Source: Planctomycetota bacterium
GTDB taxonomy: Bacteria > Planctomycetota > B15-G4 > SIAN01
DNA: 64,000 nt
Assembly (NCBI GenBank): GCA_031409275.1
Contig: JANNXA010000055.1
Location: 384,001 to 448,000, forward strand
Reading direction: 5' to 3'
This document shows, piece after piece, positions 20,716-29,267 of this stretch. The notes beneath the pieces were generated by a model. It saw only the letters and a list, made by a program, of their open reading frames with translations, was not told where the DNA came from and did no database searches. Within the stretch, counting starts at the first letter, position 1. Each line of letters begins with the position of its first letter. The position numbers and the translations under genes were made by a program.

Positions 20716-22137
20716 TCAGAACGCGAGCTGGACGCGCATCTGCGCGACGGTCGCCGAGCCGCCGTCGCCGAGGAGCGGATCGACCTCGTCGAGATCGAGC
20801 CGCGACACGTCCCACATGACGCGCGTGTTGGGGTTCAGGTACCAGTTGAGCCCGACCGTCCACATGTCGAGCGCGCCGCCCTGCACCCCGCCCGTCGCTT
20901 CCGTGCCATCCGAAAGGTCGATCGTCGACCAGCGCAGCGCGACTTCCCATGCGCCGTGGCCGCCGTTCTGGAACGCGTTGGCCCAGGGCCGCGGGTTCTG
21001 GAAGATGGCCTCGGTCGTCTTGAAGCGGCGATTCTCGCCAGTGAGCATCCACGAGCCCTGCGCGTAGAAGCCGGAGAACTTCGGATCATCGAGCGCCGAC
21101 GCCTTGTTCATGTCGGTGCGCGTCGTGATGTACTCGCTCTGCAGCGACCAGCGGTTCCAGACCAGCGCGAACTCGGAGCCGTAGCGCCAATCGACGTCCG
21201 CTTCCTTCATCGCCCCGGTGTTGACGAAGTTGGAGAAGAGGTCGACCTCGGGCTTGCCCGCGTAGGTGACCCCTTCCGAACCGCGGCCAGGAACCGAGCG
21301 ACGCGTCGCCGCGAGGCCGAGGTGGATCAGCTGCTTGCCCTCGTTGCGAAAGAACGGCGTGCCCGTGATGCGCGCTGTCAGGTTGTAGGCGCCGTCATTC
21401 GCCGAGACGCTGTTGTCGGAGCTGTCCTCGCGGAAGGCGCCGGCGGCCCACGTGAAGCGCTCGACCTGCTTGCCGTCGACATCGCTCTTGAGGCTCTTCC
21501 ACAGCAGGAAGCCGGGATTGCGGTTGGGCGCGAAGATGTTCGAGATCGCCGCGCGCTCGACGAAGGTCGAGTCGTTGCTCGAGGTCATCGCGTCGAGCCC
21601 GAACGGCTCGTACATGTGGCCCGCGCGCACGTTCGGGATCCAGTCGCCGAGGTTGACGAGCCCGGCGTAGGCGTCCTTGTGGCCGATCGCGCCCTTGGCG
21701 AAGTCGTACTGCCACTTGAACTCGACGTGCTCGTAGAGAAGCCCCGAGAGATAGAGCCGAGCGCGGCGCAGCTCGAAGCCATCTTCGAGCGGCCCGATCG
21801 ACTTGGTCACCGCCTGGTCGTTGGCGTTGCCGTCGAAGCGCTTGGTCGCTTCGAGGTCGTTGTCGGCGTCGTTCCACTCGCTCTCGAAGTGGATGCGTCC
21901 GCCGATCTTCAGGTCGAACTTGCTGTCCGGCGACGTGAGACGCAGCCCGTCCTTCCAGGAGGCGCGGAGGCTGTCGCTCGCCCCCTGCTTGTCCTCGAGC
22001 GCCTTCAACCGCTCGTTCAGGACATCGAAGCGCAGCTTCAATTCCTCGGCATCCTGCGCGCGCGCGACCGAGCTCAGGAGCGGGAACGCGCTCGCTCCGA
22101 GAGCGACTCCCGCGACGTTGCGTGCAAACCGGTTCAT
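20716..22137 (-). CDS. Phosphate-selective porin (OprO/OprP family)
   Basis: Signal peptide, coiled-coil, 'FELRRARL', 'EPFGLD.MTSSN...FVER', 'GFYAQGSWMLTGE.R', 'TVGLNWYLNPN', C-terminal Phe; next to phoU. Confidence 0.9.
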   Translation of the reverse strand: MNRFARNVAGVALGASAFPLLSSVARAQDAEELKLRFDVLNERLKALEDKQGASDSLRASWKDGLRLTSPDSKFDLKIGGRIHFESEWNDADNDLEATKRFDGNANDQAVTKSIGPLEDGFELRRARLYLSGLLYEHVEFKWQYDFAKGAIGHKDAYAGLVNLGDWIPNVRAGHMYEPFGLDAMTSSNDSTFVERAAISNIFAPNRNPGFLLWKSLKSDVDGKQVERFTWAAGAFREDSSDNSVSANDGAYNLTARITGTPFFRNEGKQLIHLGLAATRRSVPGRGSEGVTYAGKPEVDLFSNFVNTGAMKEADVDWRYGSEFALVWNRWSLQSEYITTRTDMNKASALDDPKFSGFYAQGSWMLTGENRRFKTTEAIFQNPRPWANAFQNGGHGAWEVALRWSTIDLSDGTEATGGVQGGALDMWTVGLNWYLNPNTRVMWDVSRLDLDEVDPLLGDGGSATVAQMRVQLAF

Positions 22138-22212
22138 GCGGACTCCTCGCCGACACGGTCAGCCGGGATGGCGCACGCCCACACGTGCGCTCCTCGCGGC
22201 CGAGGGGAGAGG

Positions 22213-22256
22213 AGGCTAGGCCGCCCGGATCAAGGCTCCGTGAAGGCCCGATGAAC
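22213..22256 (-). promoter_or_regulatory. Pho-box-like promoter of the porin gene
   Basis: Minus strand reads GTTCAT-N5-CTTCAC-N5-CTTGAT-N10-TAGCCT, the same geometry as the pstS promoter. Confidence 0.8.
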
Positions 22257-22290
22257 CATCGCTACCGGACGAAGGCGTCGGCGCGATCTT

Positions 22291-22965
22291 TCACTTCTCG
22301 CGAGCGCGATCGAGGCGCAGATGGCGGATCACCTCGCCGTCGACCAGGAACACGACGTCCTCGGCGATGTTGGTGGCGTGATCGGCGATGCGCTCGAGAT
22401 GGCGCGACACCGACAGCAGCGACACGGCGCGCTCGACGTTGGCCGGATCGCGCTTCATCACTTCCTGCAACTGGACGAAGCGCCGGCGATTCTCCTCGTC
22501 GACCTCGCGGTCGTCGAAGCAGACCTTGCGGGCGCGCTCGACGTCGCGCTCGACGAGCGCGTCGATGCACTCGTGCACCATCCAGCGCACGCGCTCCGCC
22601 ATGCGACGGAAGTCCTGCGCCCCCTCGATCGGCGGCTGCTCGCACAGCACGGCGGCGCGCTCGGCGATGTTCTTCGCGAGGTCGCCCATGCGCTCGAGGT
22701 CGTTGTTGACCTTGAGCACCGTGATGAGGAAGCGCAGATCGGACGCGACCGGCTGGTGCAACGCCAGCATCTTGAGGCAGTGATCCTCGACCTCGAGCTC
22801 CTTCGCATCGATGGCGTCATCGCCCGCCTGCACCTGGATGGCGAGGTCGCTGCGTCGATCGATGATCGCGCTGATGGCGAGGTCGGTCGCCTCCTCCACC
22901 ATCCCGCCCATCAACAAGAGCTGCTTCTTCAGGAACTCGAGGTCGCGTTGCATGTGCTTCGACAT
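22291..22965 (-). CDS. phoU: Phosphate signalling protein PhoU
   Basis: QPVASDLRF, DLERMGDLA.NIA, LERIADHATNIAEDV. Confidence 0.96.
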   Translation of the reverse strand: MSKHMQRDLEFLKKQLLLMGGMVEEATDLAISAIIDRRSDLAIQVQAGDDAIDAKELEVEDHCLKMLALHQPVASDLRFLITVLKVNNDLERMGDLAKNIAERAAVLCEQPPIEGAQDFRRMAERVRWMVHECIDALVERDVERARKVCFDDREVDEENRRRFVQLQEVMKRDPANVERAVSLLSVSRHLERIADHATNIAEDVVFLVDGEVIRHLRLDRAREK

Positions 22966-22971
22966 CTTCGG

Positions 22972-24774
22972 TCACTCCTTGGCCGCATCGCCACCGGCAG
23001 GCGGCATCGGGAAGCGGATGCGGAACGTGCTGCCGCGCCCCGGCCAGCTCTCGAGCTCGATCGAGCCGCCGTTCGCCTCGACGAGGTGCTTCACGATCGA
23101 CAAGCCGAGTCCGGTTCCTGGAACGTCACGAGAGCGCGCCTTGTCGACCCGATAGAAACGCTCGAAGACCCGTGCCTGTTCGGAAGGCTCGATCCCCACG
23201 CCGCTGTCGGCCACCTCGAGCAGAGCCATCCCCGCCTCGGTCGCCGTTCGGACCGCCACGCGGCCACCCGCCGGCGTGTACTTGAGCGCATTGTCGACGA
23301 GGTTGTCGAGGATCTGTTCGATGGCGAGCGGGTCGACGAAGGCTGGCGACGGCGCGAGCGCGGCCGCGAGCTCGATCGACTTCGACTGCGCCGGGCCCGA
23401 GAAGCGCTCCACGGCCTGCTGCGCCGCCGGCATCAGGTCGAGTTCCACGCGGGGCATCGGACCATCGGACTCCGCGCGCGCGAGGTGAAGCAGGTCGACG
23501 GCCAGGTCGGCGAGGCGCCCGACGTGATGGCCGAGCTTGCCGAGGAAGCGCTGGCGCGTCGTCGCCTCCATCTCGGGATCGTCGACCAGCGTCTCGACGA
23601 GTCCACGCATCGCGGCGAGCGGGGTCTTCAGCTCGTGCGAGACGTTGGCGACGAAGTCACGGCGCACGGTCTCGAGGCGACGCAACTCCGTCACGTCGAG
23701 CAGCGCCGCGACCACGCCGCCTTCCGGCAGCGGCGCGGCCCGCACCAGCAGGACTCGCTCCCGACCGCTGAGGAGGAGACGCACCTCCCGTGAACGCGTT
23801 CCATCCTCGCCGGGGACGGCATCGCGCAGGCGCAGCGCTTCGACCAGATCGGGCGCGCGCACCAATTCGACCAGTGGCCGTCCGATGCCATCGCCGTCCA
23901 CGACCCCGAGCATCGCCCGCGCGACGCCGTTGCACTGCAGCAGGCGCTCGTCGCCATCGATGGCGAGGACGCCCTCGGCGACTCGATCGAGGATCACGGC
24001 CAGCTTGCTGCGCTCGCGCGCCTGCTCCTCGAGGCGTTCACGCAGCCGGACTGCCATGCGCTCGAAGGCTCGCGCGAGGTCGCCGACCTCATCGCGACCG
24101 CCGTGGTCGATCGAGATTCCCTGCGCGCCGTCGGCGATGGCAATCGCCGCCGAAGTCAAGGCGACGATCGGCCGGGTGAAGCGGCGCGCGACGAACCAGG
24201 CCAGCGCGAGCGCTGCCACGGTTCCGATCTCGACTCCGACGAACACGGCTCCACGCAGGCGATCGCGGCGCGCCTCGACACTCGGCAACGCCAGCGCCGC
24301 GCGTACGAAACCGAGACGCGCGCCGTCAGCGGCCGTGACCGCGACGCAGACATAGAGGGTCGAAACCCCGGTCGTCGCGCTGACCCGCTCGTCGATCCCG
24401 CGTCCGCCGGCGGCCGCGGCGATCACCTCCGGTCGACTGGCGTGGTTCTCCATATCCGCGGCGTGATCGACCGAATCGGCCAGCACCCGTCCATCGGCGG
24501 CGATCACCGTGAGGCGCGACCCGGCCGCTGCCCCGATCGCCTCGATGCGATGATCGAGCTCGGGAGCGCCTCCCCCCGCCACTTCGCCGCGCATCGCTTC
24601 GGCGAGGAGCACCGCCTGGCCATGCAACGACTCTTCGAGCGCGGCACGCTGGTCGCGAGCCGCGAAGCGTGTGACCAGCCACTCGGTGACGACACCGTGG
24701 GCCAGGACGAGCAACGCATAGGTCGCGAAGAGCTTGACGAGGAGACGCGGACGCAACGAGTCAGTTCCGATCAT
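22972..24774 (-). CDS. phoR: Sensor histidine kinase PhoR (TM-sensor-HAMP-PAS-HisKA-HATPase)
   Basis: RRDFVANVSHELKTPL, NLVDNALKY, RVFERFYRVDKARSR, GTGLGLSIVKH; lies between phoB and phoU. Confidence 0.92.
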   Translation of the reverse strand: MIGTDSLRPRLLVKLFATYALLVLAHGVVTEWLVTRFAARDQRAALEESLHGQAVLLAEAMRGEVAGGGAPELDHRIEAIGAAAGSRLTVIAADGRVLADSVDHAADMENHASRPEVIAAAAGGRGIDERVSATTGVSTLYVCVAVTAADGARLGFVRAALALPSVEARRDRLRGAVFVGVEIGTVAALALAWFVARRFTRPIVALTSAAIAIADGAQGISIDHGGRDEVGDLARAFERMAVRLRERLEEQARERSKLAVILDRVAEGVLAIDGDERLLQCNGVARAMLGVVDGDGIGRPLVELVRAPDLVEALRLRDAVPGEDGTRSREVRLLLSGRERVLLVRAAPLPEGGVVAALLDVTELRRLETVRRDFVANVSHELKTPLAAMRGLVETLVDDPEMEATTRQRFLGKLGHHVGRLADLAVDLLHLARAESDGPMPRVELDLMPAAQQAVERFSGPAQSKSIELAAALAPSPAFVDPLAIEQILDNLVDNALKYTPAGGRVAVRTATEAGMALLEVADSGVGIEPSEQARVFERFYRVDKARSRDVPGTGLGLSIVKHLVEANGGSIELESWPGRGSTFRIRFPMPPAGGDAAKE

Positions 24775-25459
24775 CACGGAAACGGTAACCGACGCCGCGC
24801 ACCGTCTCGAGCCGCTCGCGCTCCTCTCCCAGCTTCTTGCGGATCGAGCGCACGTGGACGTCGACGTTGCGGTCGAGCACGACCGCGTGCTCTCCGATGG
24901 CGCGGGAGAGCAGCTGATCGCGGGTGAGCACGCGCCCCGGATGCGCGGCGAGGAAATGCAGCAGCCGCAGTTCGGTCGGCGTGAAGGTGATCGGTTCGCC
25001 GCGCACCAGCACCTCGTGCCGGGCGCGATCGATGACGAGGCCACTGAACTCGATCCGCTCGCCGTCGCCGCGCGCGGGGGCTGCCGACGCTCGACGCAGC
25101 ACCGCCTTCAACCGAGCGACCAGTTCGCGCGGCGAAAAGGGCTTGGGGATGTAGTCATCCGCGCCGAGTCCGAGGCCGACGACGACGTCTGCCTCCTCGC
25201 CCTTCGCCGTCAGCATCAGGATCGGCAGCGAACGGGTGACCTCGTCGCCGCGCAGGCGCCGACAGATCTCGAGGCCATCCATCCCCGGCAGCATCAGGTC
25301 GAGGATCAGCGCGTCGGGCAGTTCGGAGCGCGCCTGCTTCAGTCCGACCTCGCCATCGCGGGCGGTGAGCACCCGGAACCCCTCGCGGCCGAGGTTGTAC
25401 TCGATCACTTCGAGGATGTCGGGCTCGTCCTCGACGACGAGGATCTTCTGCCGTTTCAA
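24761..25459 (-). CDS. phoB: OmpR-family response regulator PhoB
   Basis: REC (VVEDE, LDLMLP, GADDY..KPF) plus winged helix (DRNVDVHVRSIRKKL, ETVRGVGY); Pho context. Confidence 0.92.
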   Translation of the reverse strand: MKRQKILVVEDEPDILEVIEYNLGREGFRVLTARDGEVGLKQARSELPDALILDLMLPGMDGLEICRRLRGDEVTRSLPILMLTAKGEEADVVVGLGLGADDYIPKPFSPRELVARLKAVLRRASAAPARGDGERIEFSGLVIDRARHEVLVRGEPITFTPTELRLLHFLAAHPGRVLTRDQLLSRAIGEHAVVLDRNVDVHVRSIRKKLGEERERLETVRGVGYRFRDDRN

Positions 25460-25520
25460 GGATCACCTCAGGGTCTGCATCGAACTGCACGCGGGCACGA
25501 CACCAGGCTCGACGGGCGGA

Positions 25521-25575
25521 AGGCTAGGAAGGGCTCGCCAAGTTTCGGCGCGCTGGATGTAAAGCGGTGATGAAG
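25521..25575 (-). promoter_or_regulatory. Pho-box-like autoregulatory promoter of phoBRU
   Basis: Minus strand CTTCAT-N5-CTTTAC-N5-(degenerate)-N5-CTTGGC-N10-TAGCCT; same period and same -10 hexamer as the porin promoter. Confidence 0.65.
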
Positions 25576-25654
25576 GGGCTCCGGCGAGGGCGCGCAGTTT
25601 GCCTAGTGAAGCTCGCTCGGCGCGAGCCAAGGTGCGCCGCGAGGAGATTTTCCC

Positions 25655-26110
25655 ATGACGTTCCGCAAGCTGGTCTTCGCCACCGACCTCTCCGACGTCT
25701 CGTTCCAGGCGTGGCCGACGGCGCTCGCGATGGCCGAGAAGTTCGGCGTCGAGCTGCATGTCGTCTGCGTGCTGGAAGAGCCCTACGCGCTCGCGCCGTA
25801 CGAGCAGTACGGGGCGCTCTTGCGTGCGCTGCAGGAGTTGCGCCCCCAACTCGAGAACCGCCTGCGCGACCGGGTGAAGGACCATCCGGCCGGTCTCTCC
25901 GTGACGACGGCCGTGGTCGAAGCGTCGTCGCCGGCCCACGCGCTCGTCGACTACGTGAAGAAGGTCGGAGCGGACCTCCTCATCACGACCACGCACGGTC
26001 GCGGCGGCGTCTCGCGGATGCTGCTCGGCAGCGTCACGGAGAAGCTGCTGCGTCTCGCGCCCGTCCCGGTGCTGGTCGTACGCGCGGAGGAGCGCAAGGG
26101 AGCGAACTGA
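25655..26110 (+). CDS. Universal stress protein
   Basis: FRKLVFATDLS, ADLLITTTHGRGGVSRMLLGSVTEKLLRLAPVPVLVV; AGGAG RBS. Confidence 0.93.
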   Translation: MTFRKLVFATDLSDVSFQAWPTALAMAEKFGVELHVVCVLEEPYALAPYEQYGALLRALQELRPQLENRLRDRVKDHPAGLSVTTAVVEASSPAHALVDYVKKVGADLLITTTHGRGGVSRMLLGSVTEKLLRLAPVPVLVVRAEERKGAN

Positions 26111-26134
26111 CGCCGCGACTCGCGGCGGCGTCAT

Positions 26135-27115
26135 TCAGCGGCGCCGTTTCGGTGACGGCTTGGACGTCGGCTTCGCCTTGACGCGGACCTTCGTGGCGAC
26201 GCGCTTCGGCGCGGCCTTCGCCGCCCGCGTTGGTTGCGGCGGCCTGGCACGCTTTCGCGTCGGGTTCGAGGAGCTCTTCGGCTTCGGCTTCGGCTTCGGC
26301 TTCGGCTTCGGCTTCGGCTTCGGCTTCGCCGTCTTGTCGGCTGCCGAAACCACGGTTGCGGCAGCGCCAGGAGCACTCTGCGCTGCGACGGCCTTCGCCG
26401 CCCGCGCCGCTGCCTCTGGATCGCCGAGGTAGCCGTGGCGAAGCGGCCGCAGGTCGTCGTCGAGTTCGTAGACCAGCGGAATCCCGGTCGGGATGTTGAG
26501 CTCGACGATCTGCTCCTTCGGGATCTGGCCGAGGTACATCACCAGCGCGCGCAGGCTGTTCCCATGCGCCGCCACCAGCACGCGCTGGCCGGCACGCAAC
26601 GCCGGCGCGATCTGCTCATGCCAGCACGGCAAGAAACGCGCGACGGTGTCGGCAAGGCTCTCGCCACGGGGCAGGTCAGCGGGCGCGAGGCTGCCGTAGC
26701 GCGGATCGGCGCGCTCCTGCTCGCGGCGGGGGTCGCCGTCTGCGAGCAGCGGCGGCGGAGTGTCGTAGCTGCGCCGCCAGGTCTTCACCTGCTCCTCGCC
26801 AAAGCGCGCGGCGGTTTCCTTCTTGTTCAGCCCCTGCAAGTCGCCGTAGTGGCGTTCGTTCAGCCGCCAGCTCTTGTGCACCGGCAGCCACATCGCATCG
26901 AGCTGTTCGAGCGCGAGCCAGAGCGTCTTGATGGCGCGCTTCAGCAGACTGCAGTAGGCGACGTCGAACTTGAGACCCGCATCGCGAAGGAGCCGGCCCG
27001 CTTCCTGCGCCTCGCGAACGCCCTTCTCCGACAGCTCGACATCGGTCCAGCCGGTGAATCGGTTGGCCTGGTTCCAGACGCTCTCGCCGTGACGCAGCAG
27101 CACGAGGCTCTTCAT
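26135..27115 (-). CDS. gpmA: 2,3-bisphosphoglycerate-dependent phosphoglycerate mutase with Lys/Pro/Ala-rich C-terminal tail
   Basis: [49 protein letters not shown]; about 80-aa basic extension. Confidence 0.95.
   Translation of the reverse strand: MKSLVLLRHGESVWNQANRFTGWTDVELSEKGVREAQEAGRLLRDAGLKFDVAYCSLLKRAIKTLWLALEQLDAMWLPVHKSWRLNERHYGDLQGLNKKETAARFGEEQVKTWRRSYDTPPPLLADGDPRREQERADPRYGSLAPADLPRGESLADTVARFLPCWHEQIAPALRAGQRVLVAAHGNSLRALVMYLGQIPKEQIVELNIPTGIPLVYELDDDLRPLRHGYLGDPEAAARAAKAVAAQSAPGAAATVVSAADKTAKPKPKPKPKPKPKPKPKSSSNPTRKRARPPQPTRAAKAAPKRVATKVRVKAKPTSKPSPKRRR
26277..26328. repeat. Perfect hexanucleotide repeat (TTCGGC)x8 + TTCG, encoding (PK)8 in the gpmA tail
   Basis: Read directly from the sequence. 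Confidence 0.95.
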
Positions 27116-27168
27116 CGACCTCTCCGCGATGGGGAAGCCGCGCACTCAAGCCGCGCTGCGCAGATCGA

Positions 27169-27384
27169 TCAAGGGTCGCGCGGGGCGCCCGGCGCGTCGT
27201 CGAGCTCGCCGCCAATCGCCGGCCCGCCGCCCGCCTCATCACCCTCCCAAGGATCGTCGGCGACGTGCCCGCCAGCCAGCGCGCAGGCCGCGACGCAGAA
27301 ATAGAGGAGCTCGCCGTCCACCTCGCGGCGAAGTGCGGTCTCGGTATCGACGACCTTGCCGCAGTGATCGCAGTGGATGCGCAT
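27169..27384 (-). CDS. Small TRASH/YHS-like metal-binding protein with acidic tail (71 aa)
   Basis: CDHCG...VDGELLYFCVAAC; strong AAAGGAGA RBS. Confidence 0.75.
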   Translation of the reverse strand: MRIHCDHCGKVVDTETALRREVDGELLYFCVAACALAGGHVADDPWEGDEAGGGPAIGGELDDAPGAPRDP

Positions 27385-27550
27385 GGCGGGTCTCCTTTGC
27401 AATCTGGAACCATCGACGGGAACAGCGACCCAAGTTCGAAGCGAACCGGGGAACAGAGCCCGATCGTTCGCGCGACCTTGGGCGGCCTGACGCCCCTCCT
27501 TCGCCCGCTCTCCCCAGTAGCAACTGCAACGCCGCGCTCCCGTGCGCCTC

Positions 27551-27565
27551 CGGCACGCGAGTTGT
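27551..27565 (+). promoter_or_regulatory. Putative sigma-54 promoter of the Rieske/cyt b/octaheme operon
   Basis: CGGCACG-CGAG-TTGT versus consensus TGGCACG-N4-TTGC; GG-N10 spacing correct, -12 is GT. Confidence 0.5.
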
Positions 27566-27607
27566 TTCACCCATCTCGCGTCTGGGCGAGCCACGACGGG
27601 GGAAGCC

Positions 27608-28153
27608 GTGCATTCGACCGAGTCCGCCACACCGCCACACCTTGCAAGCGTGACCGCCGCACCGCCGCGTCGCGGCTTCTTCGCCCGCCTCGCCGGAGTT
27701 GCGATGACGCTGTCGCTGCTGGCGAGCTACGGCACGTTCGCGACCATCGCCGGCCGCTTCCTGCTGCCGTCGCGGCCGCGCCGCCGCGGCTGGCTGCTGG
27801 TGAGCGACACGCCAGGATTCGCGCGCGGGTCGACGCGCACCTTCGTCGCCCCCACCGGCGAGAAGATCGTCGTCGCACGCCGCGTCCCGAAAAGCGCCGC
27901 GCCTTCGACCACGACCACCGTCGACGAGTTCGTCGCGCTGTCGAGCACCTGCCCCCACCTCGGCTGCCAGGTACGGTTCGAGGCGCCACAGCAGCGCTTC
28001 TTCTGTCCCTGCCACAACGGAACTTTCGATCCTGAAGGCAAGGCCACGGGTGGTCCGCCGCTCGAGGCGGAGCAGTCGCTGCCGCGTTACCCGCTCGAAC
28101 TGCGCGGCGAGCTGCTCTACATCGAAGTCCCGCTCGAAGGAGTGGCGTCATGA
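27608..28153 (+). CDS. Rieske [2Fe-2S] subunit of a Rieske/cytochrome b complex
   Basis: Tat-like PRRGFF + TM, CPHLGC and CPCHNG boxes, GGPP...LPRY; start GTG 27608 or 27650. Confidence 0.92.
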   Translation: MHSTESATPPHLASVTAAPPRRGFFARLAGVAMTLSLLASYGTFATIAGRFLLPSRPRRRGWLLVSDTPGFARGSTRTFVAPTGEKIVVARRVPKSAAPSTTTTVDEFVALSSTCPHLGCQVRFEAPQQRFFCPCHNGTFDPEGKATGGPPLEAEQSLPRYPLELRGELLYIEVPLEGVAS

Positions 28154-29209
28154 GCCGCGCGGAAGGCCGTGTCGCCGGCTTCCTTCGCGAGCGCCTCCCG
28201 GTCGATCGCGCGCGCCTCCAGGAACTCACCAACGAGCCGGTGCCTCACCACCTGAAGCACTGGTGGTTCTGCCTCGGCGGCACGCCCGCCTACCTCTTCG
28301 TCGTGATGATCGTCACAGGGATCCTGCTGGCCTTCTATTACGAAGCGGCGCCGGAGCGCGCGTGGGAGTCGGTTCGCAGCATCACCGACGAGGTCGCGTT
28401 CGGCTGGTTCCTCCACTCGATCCATCACTGGGCCGCGACGCTGATGGTCGCCGCCGTCATTCTGCACCAGATGCGCGTCTTCTTCACTGGCGCCTACCGC
28501 CGGCCGCGCGAGCTCAACTGGCTGATCGGGATGGGACTCCTGGTCTGCACGCTGATCGCTGGCTTCACCGGACAGCCTCGTCTACGAGCAGCTCTCCTAC
28601 TGGGGCGCGACCGTCGCCGCGAACCTGACCGACAACGTGCCTCTGATCGGCGGCGTCCTGAAACGCTTCCTCCTGGCGGGTGACGAATACAACTCGCACA
28701 CGCTGTCGCGGTTCTTCGTGCTTCACGGCGCCGTGCTGCCGGTCGCGATGGTGGTGCTGATCGGCCTGCACGTCTCGCTGATCCGCCTTCACGGCGTCGC
28801 CGAGATGCAGTTCCGAAGCGACGTGGGAACGGCGCCGCGCCACTTCAACTTCTTCCCCGACCACCTGCTGACCGAGCTCACCATCGGCCTCGTGCTGATG
28901 GTCGTGCTGTGCGTCCTCGCATCGCTGTTTCCGGTTCCGATCGGGCCGCACGCCGATCCGCTGTCCACGCCGGAAGTGATCAAACCGGAGTGGTTCTTCT
29001 ACGTCGCCTTCCGTTGGCTCAAGCTCTTCTCGGAGCGAGTCGCGTTCTTAAGCCTTGGCGCGATCGTCGCGACCATGGCCGCCTGGCCGTTCATCGACGC
29101 GTTCATTCGTCGCAAGCGTCCGGGCAGCGAGGCGAGCGTGTTCATCGGGATCGTCGCCGTCCTGGCGATCCTGGGCCTCACCGTGTGGGAAGCCGTCGTC
29201 GCGCACTGA
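28150..29209 (+). CDS. Cytochrome b (b6-type, fused to subunit IV), frameshifted at about 28571 (assembly error or pseudogene)
   Basis: Frame 1: WFCLGG, HHWAA, LHQMRVFFTGAYRRPRELNW..G, GFTG; continues in another frame SLVYEQLSYWGATV...RFFVLH-x14-H...FFPDH...IKPEWFF. Confidence 0.9.
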
Positions 29210-29267
29210 GCGCGCGGCGACGCAACGAGGACGCGGCAGTGCGCGGCGTCCTCCTGGAGATCGGTCC

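Noticed and set aside
27395..27415. Sigma-54 promoter for the TRASH-like gene (TGGTTCCAGATTGC on minus strand)
   Set aside because: GG-N9-GC spacing is wrong and it abuts the RBS
28561..28600. Programmed frameshift or natural b6/subunit IV split
   Set aside because: No slippery sequence; the break is before helix D, not at the b6/IV boundary; a simple shift would not restore the conserved Tyr
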